From positions 1,427,628 through 1,476,481 of the forward strand of contig NW_008246068.1 in the NCBI RefSeq assembly GCF_000281045.1: a DNA stretch of 48,854 nucleotides, read 5' to 3'. The notes below the pieces were generated by a model. The model was not told the DNA's origin. It saw only the letters and a program-made list of their open reading frames with translations, and ran no database searches. The stretch comes from Saprolegnia diclina VS20. Taxonomy: Eukaryota. The position numbers and the translations under genes are program-made. Of this stretch, positions 10,734 through 20,331 are shown piece by piece; the stretch's first letter is position 1; the number at the start of each line of letters is the position of its first letter.

Positions 10734-11788
10734 ATCGAGATGTACGCAAATGCTCAAATGACCCACTCGGGCGACTATGGCGCACGTAGGTCATGCAACC
10801 AGCTGGCACGTGCATTTTTAAAACTGGAATACTTTATCAGCCGCCAAAGCGCGACGCAGGAGCAGGGCGATGGCGGCATCTGATCGGCGCTCGCGGCCAG
10901 TAGCCAAGCGCGCTACTCGGCGGCGGCTGCTCGACATGTCGGAGCCTCGCCTCGCCGCGGCCCGGTGCTGGCCTCGGAATTAAATAAGATGCGGAATTTT
11001 CACCCGATCCTCGCACGCAACACCTTCAAGTGGCACGTTCGCCAAGCAACTGGTGGCGAAAGCAAGGTGATTTGTTCAATAATAATATTTTGAAGCAAAT
11101 CGTCAATATTATTTCAAGAGCTTTCAATAACAATACAATATTGCATATACTTGCAGTAAAACAAAATATTTAGAGTGCTAAGCAGGCGCAATTAACAAGA
11201 ATCACACCAGTAAGGTACAGATTAATCGAAAGACTCCATATCCCAGATAAATGAACCAAGTGGACACCCACTTGCAAAGGTGTCAAAGTCGTACTTTCCC
11301 GCATGTGGGCAGGAAGGAACGAGCATGATGCAGGGAGCAGCTCCGGAGAGGGCGGCTGTCGGTTCTCGCTGGTGCAACATAAAGCACCACGTCCAACAAA
11401 GCCAGAGCCCACGTCCCTCAGTGCATGTAGGCAAGTGAGTCTGCGCCGCCTGGGATGATCAGATACAGGAAGCGTGACAGAGGCGCCGGTCTTCTCACTT
11501 ACGCATCGGCGCAACTGTCCGCCAGACAACTGCCGAGTAGCCACGACACTGCAAGTGCATCTTCTTGGCAGCTCCATCACATGGCCTTTCGCTTGCACGT
11601 TGGACGGTTGGTGCACATGCGATGAGATGGTCCTTGCCATCGACGGCGCCAGTCTCAGTGCACGGCTACTGCACCGAATCAATCGAACCAAGCCTTGTTT
11701 ACAGACCTCGAGATCTCAAGTAGCATCCTCATGCGCTGCGTGAACATGGCCAAGCAAAGAACAACGATCGTGGAAATGCACGCCTGAT

Positions 11789-12167
11789 TCAAAGCTTGGG
11801 CGAGTTGGTCGAGTACGCTGCTGCTAGCTGCTCCTGTGCTTGCGCGATCAGACGGCGCCGACACATGGGACCGCAGTGCGTACCTCTCGCATGGCGACCT
11901 CGTACATGGTGGAGCGGAACGGAATCGAGAGCGCGCTCTAGGCTTGCAGGTGAGTCGGCGACGGGATCGGAAGAGGACCCACGAGGTTGCGCTCGGCCTT
12001 GGCGAGCTCGTGGGAGAGCGCGACGACCTGCGTGTTGAGCGTCACGAGGAACCCGTTCGTCTACGCAGCAGCGTGAGACCATGGTCGCTGACGCGCTGGT
12101 CGACCTCGTGGAGCGAGGCGAGGAACGCGCCCATGGCCTCGAGCGTCTCGATCTCGCTCTCGTCCAT
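11789..12167 (-). CDS. Hypothetical 79-aa coiled-coil microprotein, 4 exons
   Basis: Exons 12105-12167, 11983-12060, 11884-11937 and 11789-11833 are joined by three phase-0 GT-AG introns of 44, 45 and 50 nt. Product MDESEIETLEAMGAFLASLHETNGFLVTLNTQVVALSHELAKAERNLSALSIPFRSTMYEVAMREEQLAAAYSTNSPKL. Confidence 0.65.
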
Positions 12168-12570
12168 TGTAAATAGGGCACCGGATACGAAGACGCCAGT
12201 AGTATCCGGAAGATCATTTTTTGTCCGCATCATCATCCTCAAGGTGAGGCAAGTGCGGGCAGACGGGCGAGGTCCGACGCCGGCTGCGTTAGACACGATG
12301 CACCTGCAAGGATGGGTGCTGTTGTGGTACACCTGGCTGGGCATGGCTACTGGTACCAAGGCGGGGCCCACACTGCGTCTGTCGTCCGTCGGGAAGCGGA
12401 CTCGTCGCGTCCCACAACGGGGCTCATGGCGTGCGTGTCGCGCTGCCATCATATTACAATTGGGCGTTGGCGAAGAGCTGATACCGTCTGCATCTCCAAA
12501 TAGACATTGGAGAGAGTGGGACTCTGCGTCTGGGCGACCAATTGCTGCCATTCGCCCATTCGTAGACGCG

Positions 12571-13776
12571 ATGGCTCCAGGTCGCTTCGCCGAAGTCCTC
12601 AACGAATATGTGCCCGTGGTCACGCCGTACATCGCCACGGAGCTCCTCAAGCTAGGCCACGCCCGCGTCTATGATGCGCTCTTTGACCAGCGGGAGATGC
12701 GCTCGATCGGCACGTCGAAGAAGGTGGCACTCTTCGAAGCACGCGATGAAGCTGACGGCAGCACCGCGATGATGGGCTGCGTCGAAGTCTCGGGTCACGT
12801 GCTGGACGCGCACCGCTTCCTTGGCAACCAACTCCAGAACGCAGGCCCAATTGCGAACGAGCTCCAAGCCATGAGCAGCCTCTTTGGCTCGCTCGTCCTC
12901 GATGGGTACGTGCTGCACACAGTGCATCACCCGGGCGAGAAAGGTCCGTACGAGCAGATGAGCATCAACTGGACCGCGCTGCAGCCGGCGCACTCGTCGC
13001 TCGTCGACCGCGACTACGTCTTCCTCCAGTACGCGGACGTGTACGCGAGGAACGGCCCTGAGCTGCACCGCGTGTCGACGGACGAGCTCTCGCTGCGGCA
13101 GGTGCACGACTCGCGCCTCGTCGCGTGCCATATCTGGGAGAGCGTCGAGCTGGACGGAACCGACCCGCTGCCGCACCTCGCTCTCTCGCGTGACCGACTC
13201 CGGCGCTGGTACTTCCTCGCGGACGCCGTCTCCCACGGCCGCGTGCGCGTCTCGTTCGTCATGACGTATCCCAGTGCCCAGTACCACCGCAACTACACGG
13301 AGAAGTTTATGCTGCGCCTGAGCCGCCTCGAGGTGCTTCTCTCCAAGGAGTGCGACACCAGCCCGATCTGCAACCTCTGCCTCAAGACCTTCTCGCTCTT
13401 CCGGCGCAAGATCCAGTGCAAGACGTGCAAACTCAACTTTTGCGCCAAGTGCATCCTCGTCTCGAAGGAGTCGACGGCGACGATCTGCAACGCGTGCAAC
13501 GAAGGCAACCCGATGGGTCTCCTCCGGCGCATCGCCGCGACCAACTCGTCCGACTCGGACTCGGTGCACTCGTCCAACACGTCTCTCGCGCTGCCAGCGA
13601 CACCGCCGGCTCTCTCGAGTCTCTCGCGGTCGCACTCGACGCCAAACGTCAAGCGCCGCAGCAGCGCCGACCGGACGACGTCGAGCACGCTCTCGTCGTC
13701 ACAGGACGATTCGCTTCTGCTCGATGAGCACGAGTCGAGTAGCCACATGATCCGCGTCGACTTCTCCCAGTGGTAA
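12571..13776 (+). CDS. START-like domain + degenerate FYVE zinc finger protein
   Basis: START-like elements (SINWTAL, DRDYVFLQY, IWESVEL) followed by CNLCLKTFSLFRRKIQCKTCKLNFCAKC...CNAC and a Ser-rich tail. The upstream part of ORF 11836 overlaps the antisense micro-gene and is probably non-coding. Confidence 0.8.
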   Translation: MAPGRFAEVLNEYVPVVTPYIATELLKLGHARVYDALFDQREMRSIGTSKKVALFEARDEADGSTAMMGCVEVSGHVLDAHRFLGNQLQNAGPIANELQAMSSLFGSLVLDGYVLHTVHHPGEKGPYEQMSINWTALQPAHSSLVDRDYVFLQYADVYARNGPELHRVSTDELSLRQVHDSRLVACHIWESVELDGTDPLPHLALSRDRLRRWYFLADAVSHGRVRVSFVMTYPSAQYHRNYTEKFMLRLSRLEVLLSKECDTSPICNLCLKTFSLFRRKIQCKTCKLNFCAKCILVSKESTATICNACNEGNPMGLLRRIAATNSSDSDSVHSSNTSLALPATPPALSSLSRSHSTPNVKRRSSADRTTSSTLSSSQDDSLLLDEHESSSHMIRVDFSQW

Positions 13777-13868
13777 CGCGATCTTATTTACAAACGATTA
13801 AAGTGTTGTTGTAACATTTGTTGCTCGTGCTATTTTCAGCGGGCCTGTCTACGACTCGAGCATCGTCG

Positions 13869-15491
13869 ATGGCGCTCGATCCGGCCGACGTGCCCATGCT
13901 GCTCACGTGGGCGACCTACGCGTACATGCCGGTGGCGCTGCATCTCTTTGTGTCGCGGCGGCAGCTCTCGTCCATCAAGTACCGCGAGCCGCTGCCAATG
14001 AGTCTCGCCGCGCTCTTCTTGAGTCTCTACTCGCTCTGCGTACCGCCACTCGTGTGTTTTGGTGGTCACTCTCCGTATACGCTCATCCTTTTCTTTGAGT
14101 GGATCCTCCTCATCACGGGCCTCGTCACATACCTGCTCACACAGTGCATCCTCGTGGTCAAGTTTCACATCACCGAGGTGCTCATGGACCCCGTACAGGC
14201 CACGGTGGTGCGTGTCGGACGCATCAAGTACCTTCGGTGGCTCCTCTACCCGCGCTTCCAGCTCGTCGTTTGGGCGACCGCGACCGCTCTCCTCAACGCA
14301 CCGCTGGTGCTCTTCGCAAACACAGCTGCGTCGGTCAATACAACGGTGGCCGACTTCAACCAAAGCGATGGTCTTGGCAGCATCGGGCGCCTCCGGCTGT
14401 ACGCAGGCATCGAGACGGGCGTGCTCATCCTCGCCTCGTACGCTCTCGCGCGCTCGATGAGCCGCATTGTTGACAACTTTGGACTGAAAGAAGCTTATGC
14501 ACGCGCGGCGCGGGTCATGACCATTGGCGTTATCCTGTACATGTCTGTGACGCTCCTCGCTGCGCACGGTGTCGTGCCCGGCTTTGACGCGTGCCACGTA
14601 CCGACGCTAATTGGGCTCCACACGGCGCACGCTGTGTTTGCGATCACGGTCGTGCGACCGCTACGCGCCTCGTATGCGCACAAGGAGACGCACAAGGACC
14701 TCAAAGCGCGACTGCGCCAGACCAAGCGCGACGTCGATCAACTCGAGTCGATGGTGCTGTACCGGTACTTGAACACGGACGGTGGCTTTGGCGACTTTTT
14801 GGCGTTCTCCAAGAAGGAGCTCTGCGCCGACGCCATCTTGGCGTGGCGCGAAGTGCAGCGCTACAAGGAAGGCGGTGTCGCGATCGAGCACATTTACGCC
14901 ACGTGTCTGGACGCGGGGTGCCAATTCCAAGTCAATATCGCGCCGACCGTCCGGCGCATGTACGAGATCCAGCGCCCGATGGTGTGTTCGTCGCTCGAAG
15001 CCAAACAGCACAAACTCTCCATTTCGCTCAAACGCTTTCACCGAGTGCTACCAGACGCGGCGCTCAAGCTCGCAGCCCCGACAAACCTCTCATCGGTGGC
15101 GCCCATCTTGGACCACCGGACGTCTCTGCAGTCCCATGGCCACGGCCACCGCCTTCCATCGCAGGGCGCGACGACGATTGCGGACGACTACTCGCGCATG
15201 AGCGTCTCGCGCAGCAAGCACGAGAAGCTATTTCACCCGCTGGGCGCCGAGTTCCTCCGCGTCATCTACATGGACGTGCTTCCTCGCTTCGAAGAGCACG
15301 CGGCAACGGACGCGTGGGTGACATTCCGGAACCGGGAAAAAGCCATGCTGTCCTTGGACACGCTCGAGCACATGATAGACGGCACGATCGAGCACGGCGC
15401 CGAGATCGCCCAGCGCGGAAGCATGCCCTGCATCGCGGACCTGCCTCGGATACAAAAAATGCTTGCGCGGCCCACGGAGGAATTTTCATAG
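13869..15491 (+). CDS. 7TM-RGS protein (seven hydrophobic segments + RGS domain)
   Basis: Seven hydrophobic stretches in the N-terminal ~270 aa. RGS-like YLNTDGGFGDFLAFSKKELCADAILAWREVQRYK...IYATCLDAGCQFQVNI...LF...FLRVIYMDVLPRF. Confidence 0.82.
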   Translation: MALDPADVPMLLTWATYAYMPVALHLFVSRRQLSSIKYREPLPMSLAALFLSLYSLCVPPLVCFGGHSPYTLILFFEWILLITGLVTYLLTQCILVVKFHITEVLMDPVQATVVRVGRIKYLRWLLYPRFQLVVWATATALLNAPLVLFANTAASVNTTVADFNQSDGLGSIGRLRLYAGIETGVLILASYALARSMSRIVDNFGLKEAYARAARVMTIGVILYMSVTLLAAHGVVPGFDACHVPTLIGLHTAHAVFAITVVRPLRASYAHKETHKDLKARLRQTKRDVDQLESMVLYRYLNTDGGFGDFLAFSKKELCADAILAWREVQRYKEGGVAIEHIYATCLDAGCQFQVNIAPTVRRMYEIQRPMVCSSLEAKQHKLSISLKRFHRVLPDAALKLAAPTNLSSVAPILDHRTSLQSHGHGHRLPSQGATTIADDYSRMSVSRSKHEKLFHPLGAEFLRVIYMDVLPRFEEHAATDAWVTFRNREKAMLSLDTLEHMIDGTIEHGAEIAQRGSMPCIADLPRIQKMLARPTEEFS

Positions 15492-15730
15492 GGCAAAACC
15501 GAAACTGTCAATCAATACCGGAACCAAAAAGTCCGAATTTCAGATGAAGCAATATCCGATTTTCAATGTCGTGGCCCTGAGTTCAGGTCCCGGTGGACGA
15601 TTACAGCCCGGTCAACTGGCTTCGAACGTGCTTGGTTCTCTTTTACCACGCTGTGCTGGCGAACAGCGCTGCGTCACCCGGCGCGTCCATCGCACCCACT
15701 TTGCACTTGCGAGCGACGTGGCGCGTACTC

Positions 15731-16411
15731 ATGGCGACGACGCCGGCGATCTGCAAGGTCGCGGCCTGCTACATCACTACGAGCCAATGCAACCGCACCG
15801 CGAGTCCGTGCCCGACGTGCTTGACGCAATCGTCGGACATTGTCATGTGCTCGGACGTGAGCCTCGGCTGCGACGGAGGCACGGTCTGCGCGCCGCTCGT
15901 CTCGAGCCCGCTCCTCTTCAACAATAGCACACTGCCAGCGACAACAACGCTCGCGCCCGACGAGGCGTCCAAGAGCACTGTCACATATGCGCTCCTCTGT
16001 GGCGGCCTCTGCTGCCTCGTCTTCGTGCTCTACGGCGTACTGCGCTGGTCACAAGCGCAAAAGAAGCGCGAGGCGGCGCTCGACTCGGAGGCGACTGTGG
16101 ACTCGAGCGCACCCCAAGCGCAGGCCCGCGCGCTCGACTCGACGTACTCGCTCGACATGGTCCCGAGCTTGCGGCCAACGCCCAACAAATCGTTGTTGGA
16201 CAATACCAACCATAGCAACGCGAACAGCTATACGCGCAAGAACACGGGCGGCACGGTCCTCCACGACGACCCCGCGACGTACTCTATGTTTCACACGATC
16301 GGCCGCATCTCGGGCGTCCACAAGCACCGCGCATCGAGCCTCCTCTCGCAGCAGAAGGACAGTATCATCTACATCATGGAAGAAGACGACAAGAGTCTCG
16401 CCGACGAGTAG
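15731..16411 (+). CDS. Hypothetical single-pass membrane protein with a small Cys-rich N-terminal region
   Basis: Eight Cys between MATTPAICK and GTVCAP, a Thr-rich spacer, TM YALLCGGLCCLVFVLYGVL and a polar tail. The start is uncertain because the ORF is open from 15593. Confidence 0.6.
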   Translation: MATTPAICKVAACYITTSQCNRTASPCPTCLTQSSDIVMCSDVSLGCDGGTVCAPLVSSPLLFNNSTLPATTTLAPDEASKSTVTYALLCGGLCCLVFVLYGVLRWSQAQKKREAALDSEATVDSSAPQAQARALDSTYSLDMVPSLRPTPNKSLLDNTNHSNANSYTRKNTGGTVLHDDPATYSMFHTIGRISGVHKHRASSLLSQQKDSIIYIMEEDDKSLADE

Positions 16412-16543
16412 CAGCAAGTCTGCCCGTGTAATTTATCTCGACTCTCGACTAGACATGGCTCTTGACGCAGAAAAAGAGATGGTAGCTCCGCGCATTCTTG
16501 TGCGTCACGGTGCCTAAGACGGGTGCTGAAGCGATGGAGGCCA

Positions 16544-17301
16544 TCAGAGCTGTGTACTTTGTCGGATAAGCTTCCACGAGAACTGCGCGTGCTCCAAGTA
16601 CGCAAGGCGCGTGGGCGAGTGCGTCACGAGCACAAAGGTGCCGCCGCTTCGAAGCACTTGGTACATGGCGCGGAGATATGTAAACGTGTCTTCCACGTTG
16701 GTCGTCGGCGCACAGAGGAGCGCATCGAGAAGCCCTAGGATTACCTTGAACGTCATCGCCACCACACCTCGAAGAATGCTCGACCTTTGTCCACGATGAC
16801 GTCAAACGTGCTGGGCGGTATGACTGCTGGCACTTGGAATACGTCGAGGCAGACAACTACCAAACACCGTGAGTCGCAAGGACGCTGCGTATCAACGAAC
16901 ATTCCATGGCGTCGGTCGCACGCTCGGCCGTCTGCGTCGCAGTCATGCGCGCGATCGCGACCGGTGACGAGTCGAGGTTGGTGATGTTGTGATAGCCGCT
17001 CGCGTGAAGTTGGACGCCGACGTCTAGTGTTTCATGAGATTTGACCTGTTGACACGGCAGCACCCGAGAGCCCGCAGCCTGACCAAGATGTGAATACAAA
17101 CGGTACCAGGAGCAGCGCACCTGGAATTAGGATCTCGCACTCGAGACCGTACGCCGCCAGCAACGGCGTCAAAAATGGCGCGAGCTACCCACCGCCTTTC
17201 TTATGCGAGAGCATTGAGCGACATTGTACCTGCGCGAACGAGAGGTACCAGTCAAAGTACGTGCACTCGGTGAGCGCCTCGAACTTGGCGTCCCAATCCA
17301 T
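16544..17301 (-). CDS. Class I SAM-dependent methyltransferase (EEF1AKMT4/METTL13-N-like), multi-exon
   Basis: Spliced product MDWDAKFE...YFDWYLSF...ILIPGCGLSDVGVQLHASGYHNITNLDSS...FDVIVDKGLLDALLC...QVLRSGGTFVLVT. Introns 17185-17229, 17079-17120 and 17024-17063, plus two more near 16735-16900. Confidence 0.8.
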
Positions 17302-17360
17302 CTGTGAAACGGACTCTCATTTTAGGAGATGATAACTATGCTAGCTAGTGAATACGTCGA

Positions 17361-18620
17361 TCACGCGACGGTCTTTGTGATGATGTCGTTGACCTTGGAG
17401 CCGTGCGTCGAGAGCAAGTTGAGCGCAAAGTCGGCAATGTCCTCGGCGTCGGCAGCCTCTGTCTCGGGCTCGTGCGACCGCGGCGGCTTGGTCACTTGCG
17501 TCATGACGTACTTGATCGTTTTGCTCGGGTTGTCAGGGCACGGCTGCAACACAATCCTAGTTGCATCGCCGTAGGACGGAATTGCGAATCGCAAAGATTT
17601 ACCAGCCAACCGTGTTGTCGCGGAAGCAGTGGGGGCTGTGCGGGAAGAGATCGTCTTGGAGCAGCGACCGGTACACAAACACGATACGCGTTGCTTCCAC
17701 GATGCGCTGGGCGAGGTACCGGCCTTGCACAGCGACGTCAAAGAGGTTGTGCGTCACGGTCGCCCGTGTCTCCGTGTACACCGTGTCTTCGTCCACTTGA
17801 TGCAGGATCTACCAGGTATGATACAAGCGATTTTGTCGAACCCGTCATGCATACCGAGCCGTTGGCGTCGAGAACGGAGGTGCGAGGGACCTTGACGCGC
17901 TGGCAGAGCACGGCCCATAACCCCGCTGCGACGGCGTCCATCTTGGCGTCAAGGACGTTGCACTGCATAAAGTCAAACCACAGGACGTTGTGGCGCGAGC
18001 GCAGCGAGAGCGACGAGTGGCCGTCCTTGAGGTCGTACACGCTGTTCTTGATGAGCTCCGACTCCATGCGGTCGTGGAGGTGGCTTAGAATCGCGCGCAT
18101 GCTGTGCTCGCGGGCCGCGCTGTCGACGCCGAGGCGCCACGTTCGCCATTCGTCGTGGTCAGACTGAGGTGTGAGCTACACATCGACGGATGAAATGGTC
18201 GCTAGCGTTGATGAAATGGCGTACCGCGAGCTTGGGCTTCTTCTTGAGGACGCGTTCGAGAGCGCTAATCGTCTTGAGCTGCTCCTGGAGCATGTTGCGC
18301 AAGAGGGTGTTTTCTTGCAGCGTCTTTTGCGCAGCGACCACCTGGTCCTTGGCGCGCGTCTCCCAGACCGAGGCGTTGAGCGGCAGCTCGGCGCGCTTGC
18401 TGAGCGTGTCGAGCGTCGTGCGGAGGTCGGTCTCCTTGGCGCGCAGCGCGTCGATCTCTTGCTTGAGCGTGATGCGATGGCGCTTCCGGCGCTTGGGCTT
18501 CTCGTCCGTCGAGCTCGTCTCGGACGTTCCGTCATCCTCGAAGTCGCCCTGGTCGCCCGGGTACTCGTCGAGGAACTCGCCAAATAGGATGCGCTCGACA
18601 ATGTCGTCGTCGCTGCTCAT
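17361..18620 (-). CDS. M96 mating-specific-like family protein (basic/coiled-coil N-terminus + START-like C-terminus), multi-exon
   Basis: RRKRHR..LKQEIDALRAKE.DL...VWETRAKDQ...ENTLLRNMLQEQLK.ISALERVLKKKP is characteristic of this oomycete family (recalled). Downstream exons contain RIVFVYRSLLQDDLFP..GW. Confidence 0.72.
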
Positions 18621-19083
18621 GCCAATGTCTCTGACTCGACTGAGCGACCAAATGCGTCCCGTTACATGCCTTTGTCTCAGCCAATCACACGACAGCAATC
18701 GACGCGCCACATGCGAATGCGAAGGAAGACCGACATGGACGCGACTTCCACGACGAGCTGGCAACAAGAAGAGCTCCTTGGACGCGCGAAGAGCGTGCGC
18801 CGCCAAGACGTTTGCTCGAGAGCGCAGTCGTCGTCGCAACGCAGAAATGATATCGCATCATAGGTCGTGATAGTACATCTGGAATGAAATGCACTACTCA
18901 TTCGCAATCACACGCTTGTTGATGCAGCAGTTTGCCCTTTTGCTCCTGAATACCATGCAAAGGTCATTCGGTAATGGTGGTCGACTAGTGGGATAGGGTT
19001 CTTTGGGGGCTAGGGTGCCGTCGCTCCATCAACACGCCATGATGCAACGCATGCGATGGACCAAGTGTCGTTTGGGGTCGATG

Positions 19084-20177
19084 TTACGTGGTCGATGGCG
19101 GTGGCAGCACCGTGTAAATCGTGGCAAACTCGGCTTGGATCGCGGCGAGGTCATCGTCGCTAGTATCGCATTCTTCTTGGGACTTACTCCATGAGAGATA
19201 GTAATACCTGACATCAAAGTCATACCACCACGTGGGTGGCAACGGGTTGGGCTCCTAACGCACACAGAGGCGTGATGGCGGTTGCTGCAGCGTTCGTACC
19301 TCGAGGAGCGCGTGGGCAATGTAGATGCACGCGACCGCGACGATGGGAGCGTCGTACGTCAGCGACGACGGCGCGTAGAACAAGTCGCTGGCGAGTGTGA
19401 GCGCCACTTGGACGGTGGCTTTGGAAACACTAAGTTGCGCAGATCAACCTTGCACGTTTGTACGCAGCGTACCGCAGGAAGCGCGCGTAATTGAGCAAGT
19501 ACTTGTACGGCAGGTCCATGTCCAAGTCGAAACGCAGCACGCGCAGGACCTGCGAGAGCGTGATAGGAAAGAGTTGGGCATGCAGGAATATACATTTTGC
19601 TCGCCATCGAGGAGACGCTCCTTCATCGACGTGTACTCCTATTGCCATTATGAGCGTACCAAGATGGAAGGGAGCCTACCGAGCCAGTTGGAACGGGCGA
19701 GTTGGTCTTGTGGGCAATGCTGTAGGCAACGTTCATGATGTCTCGGAGTTTACGCGGCTTCTCCGATAGCTACAGCACGCATGACGGGCGATTCGGTGCA
19801 TGGACGTGTCTACCTTGGTCGAGAGAAAGATGCACGACGCGCCAATGTCCATGAACGGAAACGTAGCCGGGCTACTTGGGCATGAGCGTGGCCATGTTGG
19901 TGCGATACCAGCACCTCTTGGACGCGTAGAAGCGGTGGCACAGCATCATCGCCGTCGTTGTGGCGACCTGTATGTGCATGAGCCATCACACGCTTCGAGT
20001 GCGCAGCGAGCGACGTACGTAGCCCAGGTGCAGGCGTGCGCAGCAGTCGGCGACGAAGCTCGAGATCGCGTGCCATCGGCGATCGGCCTCCATTCGCGCT
20101 GCCAGATATTCTGCAAACCTTCGATACAGTATATTTGCATCCAATGCAATGTGAGAGGTTCGTCACGCACCTGCCAT
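19084..20177 (-). CDS. Transcriptional cyclin (cyclin K/L/Q-like), multi-exon
   Basis: Spliced fragments TTAMMLCHRFY, IGASCIFLSTK-LSEKPRKLRDIMNV, EQ..VLRVLRFDLDMDLPYKYLLNY, VAVACIYIA and WWYDFDV. Stop at 19084. Exact exon junctions are partly inferred. Confidence 0.8.
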
Positions 20178-20331
20178 CTTGCCGTGCCGGAAGGCAACCT
20201 CTGACGAATGCGAGGATCAGTCATGCGTGAGCAGGGACAAAGGGGCGCGGAAGCGGCAAGCACGATGCAAGGCAAGTAGGGTGATGGTACTACACATTCA
20301 TTCAATAGATATTGGTTTCCTAGTCGTAGTG

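Noticed and set aside
11081..11113. Inverted repeat aataatatt/aatattatt
   Set aside because: Low-complexity AT-rich patch where such matches are expected by chance.
11170..11780. Possible extra minus-strand gene with a GTAAGT...CAG intron-like segment near 11450-11502
   Set aside because: No consistent spliced ORF or recognisable motif could be built.
11836..12570. N-terminal extension of the 646-aa ORF; likewise 28326-28778 and 28890-29285
   Set aside because: These begin at TTG/GTG, lack domain features and overlap promoters or an antisense gene. Eukaryotic ATG starts downstream fit better.
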